DNA of 41,964 nucleotides from an uncultured Gammaproteobacteria bacterium (lineage in GTDB: Bacteria > Patescibacteriota > Microgenomatia > UBA10105 > UBA927). The notes beneath the pieces are model-generated. The model saw nothing but the letters and a program-made list of their open reading frames with translations. It searched no databases and was not told the origin of the DNA. Below are positions 27,158 to 36,526 of this stretch, one piece after another (the stretch's first letter is position 1; each line of letters starts with the position of its first letter). The translations under genes and the position numbers were made by a program. The stretch lies in assembly GCA_964442525.1 (NCBI GenBank), contig CAYTZO010000004.1:1-41964 (forward strand). The letters run 5' to 3'.

Positions 27158-28034
27158 ACTCCTTATTATCTGCGGCCCCACCGCGACCGGCAAAACCGCA
27201 CTTGCGGCGTTCCTTGCAAAACGCTTTCATGGAGAACTCATAAGCGCTGATTCAAGGCAAATTTACAAAGGACTCGATGTTATTACCGGTAAAGATGTTT
27301 CCGGAGTTTGGATGTATGACATCGTCGATGTTGGTAAAAATTTTAGTGTTTCCCAATACCAAAAACGAGTTCTGCCGATTATTTTGGATATTGAGAAACG
27401 GGGGAGACTTCCTATTATTGTAGGAGGGACCGGACTCTATATTGATGCGGTTGTACAACCCTTTGAGACCATACATGTCCCCCCCAGCCGGGACATTCGT
27501 AACAAACTAGAGCGTTTGTCGCTAACTCAACTGCAGAAAAAACTCAGGAAACTCGATCCAATGAAATGGCAACGCATGAACCAGTCAGATCGCCATAATC
27601 CCCGAAGACTCATCCGGGCGACAGAAGTAGCGTTGTGGAAGAGGCAACACGGAAATCCAAAAGAACAAAAAGGTAGTGAGTTTGATGCGCTGTGGATAGG
27701 ACTAACGATGCCGATTGGTAAACTTGCCCAAAAAATTCAACGTCGGGTGGCATATCGATGGGAGCATGGGGCCATCGAGGAGGCTCAGCGATATCCCTCT
27801 GCGAGCGCTCTCGGTATAACGGAAATCCGTTCGTTTCTTGATGGTATACTATCTGAGGGGGATGCAAAAATGCGCTGGGCAATGGCGGAAGGAGCATACG
27901 CCAAAAGACAGATGACGTGGTTTAAAAAGAGAAAACAGATTCACTGGTTTGACGTTACAAAAAACCCATACAAAAGCGCCGTGACGGCTATGGTCGCTGC
28001 ATGGTATACTGACCATACCCATGACCAAGATTGA
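27150..28034 (+). CDS. miaA: tRNA dimethylallyltransferase
   Basis: GPTATGKT, ISADSRQIY, VGGTGLY, YAKRQMTWF; ATG 27150. Confidence 0.96.
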   Translation: MHKLLIICGPTATGKTALAAFLAKRFHGELISADSRQIYKGLDVITGKDVSGVWMYDIVDVGKNFSVSQYQKRVLPIILDIEKRGRLPIIVGGTGLYIDAVVQPFETIHVPPSRDIRNKLERLSLTQLQKKLRKLDPMKWQRMNQSDRHNPRRLIRATEVALWKRQHGNPKEQKGSEFDALWIGLTMPIGKLAQKIQRRVAYRWEHGAIEEAQRYPSASALGITEIRSFLDGILSEGDAKMRWAMAEGAYAKRQMTWFKKRKQIHWFDVTKNPYKSAVTAMVAAWYTDHTHDQD

Positions 28035-29007
28035 ATTCTCTTATCGTACGATCCTTTTTGCGCTTGCTCTGTTGGCAGGGATCTGGGCACTTATTCAAAT
28101 CCGGGATATTCTTTTTCTCCTTTTTGTTGCGTTTCTTCTCATGACCGCGATTCATCCGTTGGTTGTTATGCTCGAACGAATACGCATCCCCCGTGTGGTG
28201 AGTATTTTGATCGTGTATATTGTGGTCTTTGGTCTTTTTGGCGTGTCACTTGCCGGCACTATACCGCTTCTCGTATCACAATCGACCAAACTTATTACGG
28301 ATTTGCCGACGTTTGCCGCACGCGTTCTGCCGTATTGGAATATCGACGTTTCGACACTCACAAAGCAAATAGCTCCGATTAGTGAAAATATCGTCGGCGT
28401 TACGGTTGGAATATTTTCTAATATTATTGCTACCCTCACAACCCTTGTCTTTACGTTCTATTTCCTGCTTGAACGGCCGCGGGCAGAGCAAGTGCTCATA
28501 CCACTTGTGGGGGAGTCGATGACTAAAAAAACTGTTACGGTACTCCGGGCAATTGAAAGACGGCTCGGGAAGTGGGTACGAGGAGAACTTCTCCTGATGT
28601 TTAGCATTGGCGTTTTCTCTTATATAGGACTCACCGTTCTTCGTGTGGACTTTGCCTTGCCGCTCGCCATTATCGCAGGAGTTTTGGAAATTGTGCCGAC
28701 CATCGGCCCGATCGTTTCAGCGATACCGGCTATCCTGGTGGCTCTTACGATTTCTCCGTTTTTAGCGCTTATCGTTGCGGCACTTTACTTCATCATCCAG
28801 CAAACGGAGAATAATCTTTTAGTCCCGCTGGTTATGAAGCGAACAATCGGATTTTCTCCGCTCGTTACTATTTTATCTGTTATGATCGGAGGACGGTTGG
28901 CCGGAGTCATTGGGGCGATTTTGGCAATACCACTTTTGTTAGTTCTTCAGATCCTTCTCAATGAATTTCTCATCCAAAAATCCGGTAGTGCGAGGGGAAA
29001 CGAATAA
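28021..29007 (+). CDS. AI-2E family transporter (PerM-like)
   Basis: VPTIGPIVS, QQTENNLLVPLVM, GVIGAILAIP; highly hydrophobic. Confidence 0.92.
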   Translation: MTKIEFSYRTILFALALLAGIWALIQIRDILFLLFVAFLLMTAIHPLVVMLERIRIPRVVSILIVYIVVFGLFGVSLAGTIPLLVSQSTKLITDLPTFAARVLPYWNIDVSTLTKQIAPISENIVGVTVGIFSNIIATLTTLVFTFYFLLERPRAEQVLIPLVGESMTKKTVTVLRAIERRLGKWVRGELLLMFSIGVFSYIGLTVLRVDFALPLAIIAGVLEIVPTIGPIVSAIPAILVALTISPFLALIVAALYFIIQQTENNLLVPLVMKRTIGFSPLVTILSVMIGGRLAGVIGAILAIPLLLVLQILLNEFLIQKSGSARGNE

Positions 29008-29076
29008 ACCGTTTCGCAGCCTGTTCTCCTTTCGCTTCATTTGGCCTTATAATCGGGGATTACGCTCTTTTTAATG

Positions 29077-29482
29077 GTACCTTGGAATCTCGTAAGCCAG
29101 ATTCTGTTTCTAGACTCTCATTTCTCTTGTGCCCGCACATTTGGGTTAGTTTCCTTTTGGAACCACGGAATGCATCGTGTCGTCGTCCGCCTTCGCGCGA
29201 GGCTTCGGCGGACTGCGCTAACGCTTCATCGGTTGCAGCGGGTGGGATTGCCAACGTTTCATGCACGCTCCATAGCCGTCAGGCTACAGGATTGTGATCG
29301 TCTCTGTGGCTCTCTCAGCCGGTCAGTTCCGGCATCGTTCCTTTGGTTTTTCAACCTCAGGACACCCGACCTTACGGTACATGGCTTACGCCAAGTCCCC
29401 TGCATTCTGCTGTCTGGACTTTCCTCCCGCGCAAATTTCCTCAGGGAAATTTGTTCGGGTGAGAATCCGGATTCCAAGGTAC
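29077..29482 (-). ncRNA. rnpB: RNase P RNA
   Basis: Minus strand shows 13-bp P1 (GTACCTTGGAATC/GATTCCAAGGTAC), GAGGAAAGTCCAG ... ACAGAATCTGGCTTAC (P4), and conserved GCCACAGA and TGAAAC segments; promoter sits just upstream. Confidence 0.93.
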
Positions 29483-29489
29483 AAAGTGT

Positions 29490-29518
29490 ATTCTATCAGA
29501 TAGCTCTCGTCTTGTAAA
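29490..29518 (-). promoter_or_regulatory. Promoter of rnpB
   Basis: Minus strand TTTACA, 17 nt, TG-a-TAGAAT, ending 7 nt before the first base of P1. Confidence 0.75.
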
Positions 29519-29578
29519 ACGACGATTTTTTCTCTAATATCGATGGAGAGAAAGTAAAAAATTCAGTAGTTTAGAGCT

Positions 29579-30478
29579 ATGAGATTACAGTTTCTTGCAA
29601 TGACAGCGTTTCTCGCTGCGTTTGTGGGATTTCTTCGCGCGAATCTTGTGCCAAACCAACTTATGGGGAGGTTTTCTGTCTCTCCGTACCAATCTTCTGC
29701 TCGGGGCCCAGTCAAATTGTCAGCCAATTCTCCGACACCCGCGTCCACGCCAACACCCACGCCTACCCCCACGTCGCTCACACTGCCGCCGATAGTTGCC
29801 GGAGAGTCGGCGTACAAAATTCCGGTTCTGTTATATCACTACGTTGAAATTGCTTCGCCGCAAGACCCAGGACGCGTCACTCTCTCCACACCGCCTCCTA
29901 TACTTGATGCGCAACTTGCCGCGCTTTCTGCAAATGGGTACACAACCATCACGTTTGACGAGCTTGCTGCGGCAATGAGTGGAAAAATTGCGCTTCCGCC
30001 AAAGCCCGTCATCATAACCTTTGATGACGGCTATGCCGATTTTTATGAAAATGCTTACCCGCTTATAAAAAAATACCGCATGAAGGCAGTGTCGTTTATT
30101 CCAACCGGGCTTATCGGAGGAGGCAATTATATGACGTGGAGCCAAATAGAAGAGATGGCAAGATCGCCGTATGTTGTTTTCGGTGCTCATTCAGTACGCC
30201 ATCCGGCGCTCACGAAACTTTCCCGCTCGGCGCTCGTAGATGAAATTGTTGAAAGCAAGCGCGTATTAGAGTCACATGTCGGATATGTGGTGAATTGGTT
30301 TGCCTATCCATATGGATTTTTTGATACAACCGTCGTTGCCGCAGTAAAGGCTGCGGGGTTTATTGGAGCGGTGACGACTCTGCCTGGTTCCTTCCAATAT
30401 CAAAGTCGACTTTTTTATATTCCCCGTTACCGAGCTGGAGCGCGGAGAGGAGAAGATTTTTTGCGTCTAGTACGCTAG
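29579..30478 (+). CDS. Secreted or anchored polysaccharide deacetylase (CE4/NodB)
   Basis: N-terminal hydrophobic segment, PT linker, PVLLYH, ITFDDGY, AHSVRH, FAYPYG. Confidence 0.92.
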   Translation: MRLQFLAMTAFLAAFVGFLRANLVPNQLMGRFSVSPYQSSARGPVKLSANSPTPASTPTPTPTPTSLTLPPIVAGESAYKIPVLLYHYVEIASPQDPGRVTLSTPPPILDAQLAALSANGYTTITFDELAAAMSGKIALPPKPVIITFDDGYADFYENAYPLIKKYRMKAVSFIPTGLIGGGNYMTWSQIEEMARSPYVVFGAHSVRHPALTKLSRSALVDEIVESKRVLESHVGYVVNWFAYPYGFFDTTVVAAVKAAGFIGAVTTLPGSFQYQSRLFYIPRYRAGARRGEDFLRLVR

Positions 30479-30526
30479 TTCTCCCCCTGCTTGTCAGGGA
30501 GTCACATTTCCTCTATCGTGAGAATA

Positions 30527-32047
30527 ATGCTCGCAAAAATTTTTTCCGGCGCGATCGTCGGGCTTGACGCGGTGCCGGTTACGGTAGAAGTTGATATTGC
30601 CAGCATGGGCCTGCCGACGTTTTCTATCGTGGGTCTTCCCGATAAAGCAGTGGAGGAAAGTAAAGAACGCGTTCGTTCTGCAATTAAAAACAGTGGTGCA
30701 GAATTTCCCGCCAAGCGCATTACGGTTAATCTGGCTCCTGCCGACCTTCCCAAGATCGGACCATCGTATGATTTGCCTATTGCCCTGGGCATTCTCATCG
30801 CTTCGGGACAACTCGTGATGAAAGATGATCGCTCAATATTTATCGGTGAGCTTTCGCTTGATGGAAGCCTCCGGCATACCAATGGCGTCTTGCCGGTGAC
30901 CATGTATGCAAAACAAGCTGGATTTGCTAACATTTTTCTTCCCTCCATCGATGCCAGGGAAGCCGCTATCTTGGGGGGCGTTGCTATTATTCCCGTGAGT
31001 TCGCTTCTTGCACTTTTCCTTCATCTCAAAGGCGATGAAAAGCTCAAACCTCAGCCATTTCTTCCGTTTACCGATATCAAAAAACTCCCCGAGTCAGAAT
31101 TTGATTTTTCTGATATTCAGGGACAGGAACACGTGAAGCGCGCACTTGAGATTGCTGCTGCCGGCGGACACAACGTATTTCTTTTCGGTCCGCCGGGCGC
31201 CGGCAAGACGATGCTTGCGCGCGCACTTCCTTCGATTCTTCCGAACCTTACCGAGGAGGAGGCGTTGGAGGTGACGAAAATTTATTCCGTTACGGGGAAT
31301 TTACCCATCGGAGAGTCGGTCGTGAAAAAAAGGCCGTTTCGTGCTCCTCACCATACGACGTCTCGCATCGGACTCATCGGCGGCGGAACGCACCCGATGC
31401 CAGGGGAAATTTCTCTTGCCCACAGGGGTATTTTATTTTTGGACGAGTTTCCGGAGTTTCCGCGTCACGTGCTTGAAGCATTACGCCAGCCGATTGAAGA
31501 TGGCATCGTGTCAATTTCCCGCGCTGCCGGGACCGTGCGTTACCCGGCAAAATTTATGCTCATAGGCGCTTCCAACCCCTGCCCATGCGGCAATTTCGGA
31601 AGTGAGATGAAACGGTGTATTTGTATGCCTGGCGCGATTGCACGGTATAAAAATCGCATTTCAGGTCCAATCATTGACCGAATTGATCTCCATGTTTCTG
31701 TCCCGGCTGTCCGCGTAGAAAAACTGACGCAAAACTTTCAGTCCGAGAGCTCTCGGGTTATTCAAAAGAGAGTCCAGGCGGCACGGAATCTGCAGCTAGG
31801 GCGATTCCGCAAAATGGGCATTGCCTCGAATGCGGAGATGTCCACGCGGATGGTCAAGGAGTTTTGCCAATTATCCGGGGAAGTCCTTACGTTTCTTCGG
31901 CAGGCGACGTTGCGGTTTGGATTATCTGCCAGAGGATATTATCGGGTGATTAAGGTTGCCCGAACCATTGCAGACTTGGATGCGGCCAAAAATACCGAGC
32001 TTGCTCATGTTGCGGAATCCCTGCAGTATCGTTCGACACAACAATAA
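30527..32047 (+). CDS. comM: YifB/ComM Mg-chelatase-like AAA+ ATPase
   Basis: IVGLPD, VNLAPADLPK, GPPGAGKT, PFRAPHH, LFLDEFPEF, NPCPCG, LSARGY; ATG 30527. Confidence 0.93.
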   Translation: MLAKIFSGAIVGLDAVPVTVEVDIASMGLPTFSIVGLPDKAVEESKERVRSAIKNSGAEFPAKRITVNLAPADLPKIGPSYDLPIALGILIASGQLVMKDDRSIFIGELSLDGSLRHTNGVLPVTMYAKQAGFANIFLPSIDAREAAILGGVAIIPVSSLLALFLHLKGDEKLKPQPFLPFTDIKKLPESEFDFSDIQGQEHVKRALEIAAAGGHNVFLFGPPGAGKTMLARALPSILPNLTEEEALEVTKIYSVTGNLPIGESVVKKRPFRAPHHTTSRIGLIGGGTHPMPGEISLAHRGILFLDEFPEFPRHVLEALRQPIEDGIVSISRAAGTVRYPAKFMLIGASNPCPCGNFGSEMKRCICMPGAIARYKNRISGPIIDRIDLHVSVPAVRVEKLTQNFQSESSRVIQKRVQAARNLQLGRFRKMGIASNAEMSTRMVKEFCQLSGEVLTFLRQATLRFGLSARGYYRVIKVARTIADLDAAKNTELAHVAESLQYRSTQQ

Positions 32048-32081
32048 CCTATCTTCCGGTTAGTCGGAGTTTCCATGATCC

Positions 32082-32129
32082 AAATATGACAATCCCCTCA
32101 CCAGAAAAAAGGAGGGGATTGTCATATTT
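32082..32129. terminator. Inverted repeat between convergent genes, probable bidirectional terminator
   Basis: Perfect 18-bp stem AAATATGACAATCCCCTC / GAGGGGATTGTCATATTT with a 12-nt loop. Confidence 0.75.
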
Positions 32130-32144
32130 CCACGAGAATAACTC

Positions 32145-32285
32145 TTATCCGCCGATTTTGAACATACCTGTTCCACAAACCGGACATTTGCCTTTGAGAG
32201 CCGGTTTACCATTCTTCATGGTGATTTTTGTAGCTTTTGGATCGTCGCGCTTTGCTCGACACTTGACGCAATACATCTGAGCCAT
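32145..32285 (-). CDS. 46-aa basic zinc-ribbon protein (DUF5679-like; absent from the ORF track)
   Basis: MAQMYCVKCRAKRDDPKATKITMKNGKPALKGKCPVCGTGMFKIGG*; GAGGAGGTGA SD upstream, terminator downstream. Confidence 0.9.
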   Translation of the reverse strand: MAQMYCVKCRAKRDDPKATKITMKNGKPALKGKCPVCGTGMFKIGG

Positions 32286-32338
32286 ATCGTTATTTCACCT
32301 CCTCTCAAAAAAGTAATGTTTTAGGCAGAGGGAAAACG

Positions 32339-32605
32339 TTACCGTTTTATTAGACTATACCAATAGATTCCGAACTCCACGGCGACCGTCGCAAGCCCCA
32401 GGACAATAGTTCGAACCATGTCTTTGCGGTGGAGGGCAAATTGCATTGTTTGCGGGTACGATTCTTCCCCAACGCGGCTATTTTGAACCGAAGAGGCGGC
32501 CGGTCGTGCGAGGGAAACTGCCGAAATAGAAAACGACGGCACACTCGCGGTAAATTGCCGGTGTTTTTCTGCGAGCAGTTTTTGCCTTTTCGTTTTCGCA
32601 GGCAT
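32339..32605 (-). CDS. Hypothetical protein with C-terminal membrane anchor
   Basis: MPAKTKRQKLLAE... ending in a hydrophobic helix (IVLGLATVAVEFGIYWY); a TTGACA promoter lies upstream of ATG 32605. Confidence 0.65.
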   Translation of the reverse strand: MPAKTKRQKLLAEKHRQFTASVPSFSISAVSLARPAASSVQNSRVGEESYPQTMQFALHRKDMVRTIVLGLATVAVEFGIYWYSLIKR

Positions 32606-32624
32606 ACGTAGCCTCAGTGAGGGT

Positions 32625-32722
32625 GAGCGTAGCACAGGCGCGCTAGCCTTGTCAACTTCACCCGGCCTCAACGACGTACGGTGTTTCACGCATTGACAAG
32701 GCGACAAGAGGAATCGTAAGAT
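32625..32722. promoter_or_regulatory. Back-to-back divergent promoters
   Basis: Minus strand: TTGACA (32655-32650), 18 nt, TACGCT. Plus strand: TTGACA (32693-32698), 18 nt, TAAGAT. Both begin TTGACAAGGC, forming a 10-bp inverted repeat. Confidence 0.55.
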
Positions 32723-32743
32723 GATGGGTACGAATGGTGTTCA

Positions 32744-33205
32744 ATGGATGCACGTATTCTCACAGTACTTTTGATCGTTGTTATCGTCTGGATGGCCATA
32801 CTGTCGGTTATGGTTATCCGGGCTGTGGGTCATTATAATCGCTTAAGCAGCGGCATAACCAAGAGCGGGCTCAAAGATATTCTCGAGCGCATTCTCTCGT
32901 CTCACACGGCTGCTCAAAAGCAGATCACGGCGATTCATCAAACGCTCCAGCAGGTGATCGTGGATGGCCGGAGACACATTCAGCGGATGGGAGTCGTACG
33001 GTTTAACCCGTTTCATGATACAGGAGGAAGCCAGAGCTTTGCGATGGCGATCCTCGACGGCGAAGGGAATGGATTTGTCATGACATCATTATTTGCTCGG
33101 ACAGGTCATAGGTGGTATGTTAAACAAGTACAGGGTGGCAAGGGAAAAGATTTTGAGCTTTCAAAAGAAGAGGAACGGGCAATAAGTATAGCTCGACCCA
33201 TATGA
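32744..33205 (+). CDS. DUF4446-like membrane-anchored protein
   Basis: N-terminal TM, coiled coil, GVVRFNPFHDTGGSQSFAMAILD, LSKEE. Confidence 0.8.
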   Translation: MDARILTVLLIVVIVWMAILSVMVIRAVGHYNRLSSGITKSGLKDILERILSSHTAAQKQITAIHQTLQQVIVDGRRHIQRMGVVRFNPFHDTGGSQSFAMAILDGEGNGFVMTSLFARTGHRWYVKQVQGGKGKDFELSKEEERAISIARPI

Positions 33206-34371
33206 AAAAAGAACAGCTTCTCATGTATGGCATCATAGGGCTTGCGATTTATCTTTTTGTGACGGGTTTGTCATTTGCTGGATTTAGTTACGCAGGCAGA
33301 TTTTTACCGGGGAGAGTTACCGCGCCGATTCCCAATGGCACACAGGGCCGTTTTGTCATAGATCCGAATGCGCCGAAAACAGAGGCATGTCCGATTAACG
33401 GGAAGCTCTATACGGCTGATGAACGAAAAATCTGGGAAACCAGACGACCTCTTGCCGTCATGATAGAAAATCATGTGGAGGCCCGTCCGCAATCGGGTCT
33501 GAGCAGTGCAGACGTAGTTTATGAGGCGGTCGCTGAGGGGGGGATTGCCCGGTTTATGGGAGTCTTTTACTGCGGCGTGGCAGCGAGCACAAACCTTGCT
33601 CCGGTGCGCAGCGCCCGATCCTACTTTTTACCGTGGGTTCTTGAATACGATGCCCTCTATAATCACGTGGGCGGCGCAGGCAATTGTAACGACGACACCG
33701 TTGATGAACGGGCCAAAGCGCTTTGTCAGATACAGCAATACCGCATAAAAGACATGGATCAGTTCGGCATATCGTTCCCGACATGTTACAGAAATTATGA
33801 TCGCCTTGATCGTCCAGTGGCGACGGAGCATACGATGGTCTGCGTGACGGATAAACTTTATAAAATTGCTGCGGAGCGGGGATGGACCAACGTTGATGCG
33901 AAGGGGGTTGCGTGGAATAAAAATTTTGTTGCCTGGAAATTCAAAGACGATGCAGGACTCAATGACCGGTCTGCTTCATTCTCCGCAAGTTTCGTTGCAT
34001 GGAAAGGGTATGAGGCGGAGTATGGCGTTCGTTGGGATTATGATAAAACAACGAACACCTATCGCCGCACCAATGGAGGGGTGGCGCAAATTGATCTTGA
34101 GAACAAGCAGGCCATTTCAGCAAAAGCAGTCATTATTCAATGGGCGAAAGAGATCGGCCCTCTTGACTCCAAGGGCCATCTGTTCTATACCACCACTGGG
34201 ACGGGAGACGGGCTCGTATTTGAAGATGGCAAGGCGACAAAGGTGACGTGGAAAAAGCCTGATCTAAGTTCCCGGACAAAGTTTTATGATGCGGCTGGCC
34301 GTGAAGTCAGTTTCGATCGGGGTCAACTCTGGTTCGAACTTCTGCCGATCGGTACGCCAGTAAACTACTAA
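33202..34371 (+). CDS. DUF3048 (YerB-like) exported protein
   Basis: RPLAVMIENH, ARPQSGL, ADVVYE, EGGIARF, PVRSAR. Confidence 0.85.
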   Translation: MKKEQLLMYGIIGLAIYLFVTGLSFAGFSYAGRFLPGRVTAPIPNGTQGRFVIDPNAPKTEACPINGKLYTADERKIWETRRPLAVMIENHVEARPQSGLSSADVVYEAVAEGGIARFMGVFYCGVAASTNLAPVRSARSYFLPWVLEYDALYNHVGGAGNCNDDTVDERAKALCQIQQYRIKDMDQFGISFPTCYRNYDRLDRPVATEHTMVCVTDKLYKIAAERGWTNVDAKGVAWNKNFVAWKFKDDAGLNDRSASFSASFVAWKGYEAEYGVRWDYDKTTNTYRRTNGGVAQIDLENKQAISAKAVIIQWAKEIGPLDSKGHLFYTTTGTGDGLVFEDGKATKVTWKKPDLSSRTKFYDAAGREVSFDRGQLWFELLPIGTPVNY

Positions 34372-34402
34372 GAGACTCCTGCCCGAGAAAGGGTTATTGG
34401 GT

Positions 34403-34984
34403 ATGTTTCTTGAAGATCTTATTATCTCCCGCGTACGGGTGAAAATGCTGACGTTGTTTTTTACTCATCCGGGTACCATATTCCATGTTCGAGATATAGT
34501 GCGGAAGGTTGGTGAAGAAATTAATGCCGTTCGGCGCGAGCTTGCGCATATGGAAAAGGCCGGCATGGTCACCAAAGAGCAGCGGGCCAACCGTCTATTT
34601 TATAGTTTTCGGAGAGATTACCCTCTCTACTATGAACTTTTGACATTAATTGGGAAAACATCCGGTTTGAGTGCCGACATCCTCAAGCACAAAGCCAAAC
34701 TCGGCAAAATAAAGTTTGCCATGATATCCGGCAGGTTTTTACGGCATCTACCCAAACGCGCGAGTACCGACGTAGAGCTTTTGGTTGTGGGGAACGTTGT
34801 CCTTCCAGAACTCGCGCAGCTCGTAAAAGCAGAGGAAGTGAGACGAGAGACTGAACTCAACTATACGGTGATGAGCGAGGAGGAATTCGCGTTCCGTAAA
34901 CGCAGACGCGATCCGTTTGTGCTCTCTATACTTGGAGGATCAAGAGTTATGGTCATCGGCGATGAAGAGGAGCTTCTTGATTAA
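34403..34984 (+). CDS. Winged-helix protein fused to a degenerate minimal nucleotidyltransferase-like domain
   Basis: N-terminal SRVRVKML...HVRDIVR...INAVRRELAHM wHTH; C-terminal ISGRF...DVELLVVG...ELNYTVMSEEEF. Confidence 0.65.
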   Translation: MFLEDLIISRVRVKMLTLFFTHPGTIFHVRDIVRKVGEEINAVRRELAHMEKAGMVTKEQRANRLFYSFRRDYPLYYELLTLIGKTSGLSADILKHKAKLGKIKFAMISGRFLRHLPKRASTDVELLVVGNVVLPELAQLVKAEEVRRETELNYTVMSEEEFAFRKRRRDPFVLSILGGSRVMVIGDEEELLD

Positions 34985-34985
34985 C

Positions 34986-35168
34986 ATGAAGCAAAAAGTG
35001 CTCCGTACCGGACACAGTTTGGCCGTTGTCATTCCTTCGAAGTTTGTCCGAGATATTGTCGTAAAACCCGGAGATGTCGTTTCCGTTACGCCGGACTCGA
35101 GAAAAGGAAAAATTACCTATACATTCCAAAATGCTACCCAGCTTCCTCTTGCATTACCGAAAGCCTAA
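34986..35168 (+). CDS. AbrB/MazE/SpoVT-family DNA-binding protein (60 aa)
   Basis: MKQKVLRTGHSLAVVIPSKFVRDIVVKPGDVV matches the swapped-hairpin pattern; ATG is 1 nt after the upstream stop. Confidence 0.8.
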   Translation: MKQKVLRTGHSLAVVIPSKFVRDIVVKPGDVVSVTPDSRKGKITYTFQNATQLPLALPKA

Positions 35169-35182
35169 TATACAATAAACCC

Positions 35183-36526
35183 ATGGTTCGTACGCGGCGC
35201 ATTTTTATCCTTCTGGTTGTACTGATTATAGCCTTTGTACTCATTGATATCCCCGAAAATTATCGTGCATTTGGTCGAACGCTCTCTCCTCCGGTTATTA
35301 ACCTCCGGCCTTGGGGAATTCCTATCGCAAAAGAATTTAAGACGCGTCTCGGCCTTGATCTTTCCGGCGGCATCTACGTAACGCTTGAAGCGGACATGTC
35401 GGGGATTAGGGAGGCGGACCGGACTTCTGCCCTCGATTCCGCAAGAGAAATTATTGAGCGCCGCGTAAATCTTTTTGGTGTGAGCGAGCCCGTGGTGCAG
35501 TCGTCTCGATCGGAGAATCATTACCGAATCATCGTCGAACTTCCGGGACTCACCAATGTTGACGAGGCAACCAAGCTCATTGGTCAAACGGCAAAACTTG
35601 AATTCCGTGAATTTACTGTGCCAACCGCCTCTCTGAGCGCAGTTACTACCACCAGAGAGCTCCTGGCAATGACGAAATCCGTTGGACTCACCGGCAGCGA
35701 TTTGAAGCGTGCACAGCTCGCCTTTAACTCTACCACCGGCGCGCCGGAGGTCGGCATAGAGTTCACATCAGATGGGTCGAAGAAATTTGCAGACATCACG
35801 ACACGACTGGTGGGAAAGCAGCTCGCCATCTTCCTTGACAATAGTCTCCTTACGGCGCCGACGGTGCAGACTCCCATTACCGGCGGCTCGGCGGTTATCA
35901 CCGGCCAATATACCAGAGAATCGGCAAAAACGCTGGCGCTTCAGCTCAATGCCGGCGCACTACCGGTACCGGTATCGATCGTTGAAAAGCGGACGATTGG
36001 TGCAACGCTCGGGGGAGAGTCCGTTGCAAGAAGTATAAACGCAGGCACAATTGGGCTTACGCTTGTGGCGGCATTCATGATTTTTCAATACGGTTGGCTT
36101 GGGCTTATTGCCGACGCGGCACTCGTGGTCTATGGGATTACTACGTTTGCAATATTTCGTTGGATACCCATTACCCTAACGCTACCCGGTATCGCCGGAT
36201 TTATTCTGTCCATGGGCATGGCGGTTGATGCCAATATCCTTATTTTTGAACGCTATCGGGAGGAAAAGCGCAAGGGGAAACCGTGGGCTATCGCAATCGA
36301 AGAAGCGTTTGGGAAAGCGTGGGAAAGTATCCGCGATGCAAACGTTACAACCATTATTACGAGCATTATTCTGTTTAATCCCGGCAACTGGCAATTTCTT
36401 CCAAGTTCGGGTTTGGTGAGGGGATTTGCCGTGACACTTCTTATTGGGGTACTCGTGAGTTTGTTTACCGGCATAGTCGTAACACGGACGTTTATCCGCG
36501 TGTTCTATAGGGAGAAGCAGATATGA
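35183..36526 (+). CDS. secD: Protein translocase subunit SecD
   Basis: LGLDLSGG, GVSEP, IIVELPG, AGALPVP, GMAVDANILIFER, VRGFAVTL. Confidence 0.98.
   Translation: MVRTRRIFILLVVLIIAFVLIDIPENYRAFGRTLSPPVINLRPWGIPIAKEFKTRLGLDLSGGIYVTLEADMSGIREADRTSALDSAREIIERRVNLFGVSEPVVQSSRSENHYRIIVELPGLTNVDEATKLIGQTAKLEFREFTVPTASLSAVTTTRELLAMTKSVGLTGSDLKRAQLAFNSTTGAPEVGIEFTSDGSKKFADITTRLVGKQLAIFLDNSLLTAPTVQTPITGGSAVITGQYTRESAKTLALQLNAGALPVPVSIVEKRTIGATLGGESVARSINAGTIGLTLVAAFMIFQYGWLGLIADAALVVYGITTFAIFRWIPITLTLPGIAGFILSMGMAVDANILIFERYREEKRKGKPWAIAIEEAFGKAWESIRDANVTTIITSIILFNPGNWQFLPSSGLVRGFAVTLLIGVLVSLFTGIVVTRTFIRVFYREKQI

Noticed and set aside
29060-29517. Several overlapping ORFs of 68-147 aa on both strands
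   Set aside because: They are shadows of the RNase P RNA gene and show no protein motifs.
32086-32280. 64-aa plus-strand ORF
   Set aside because: It starts within the terminator stem and is antisense to the better supported zinc-ribbon gene.
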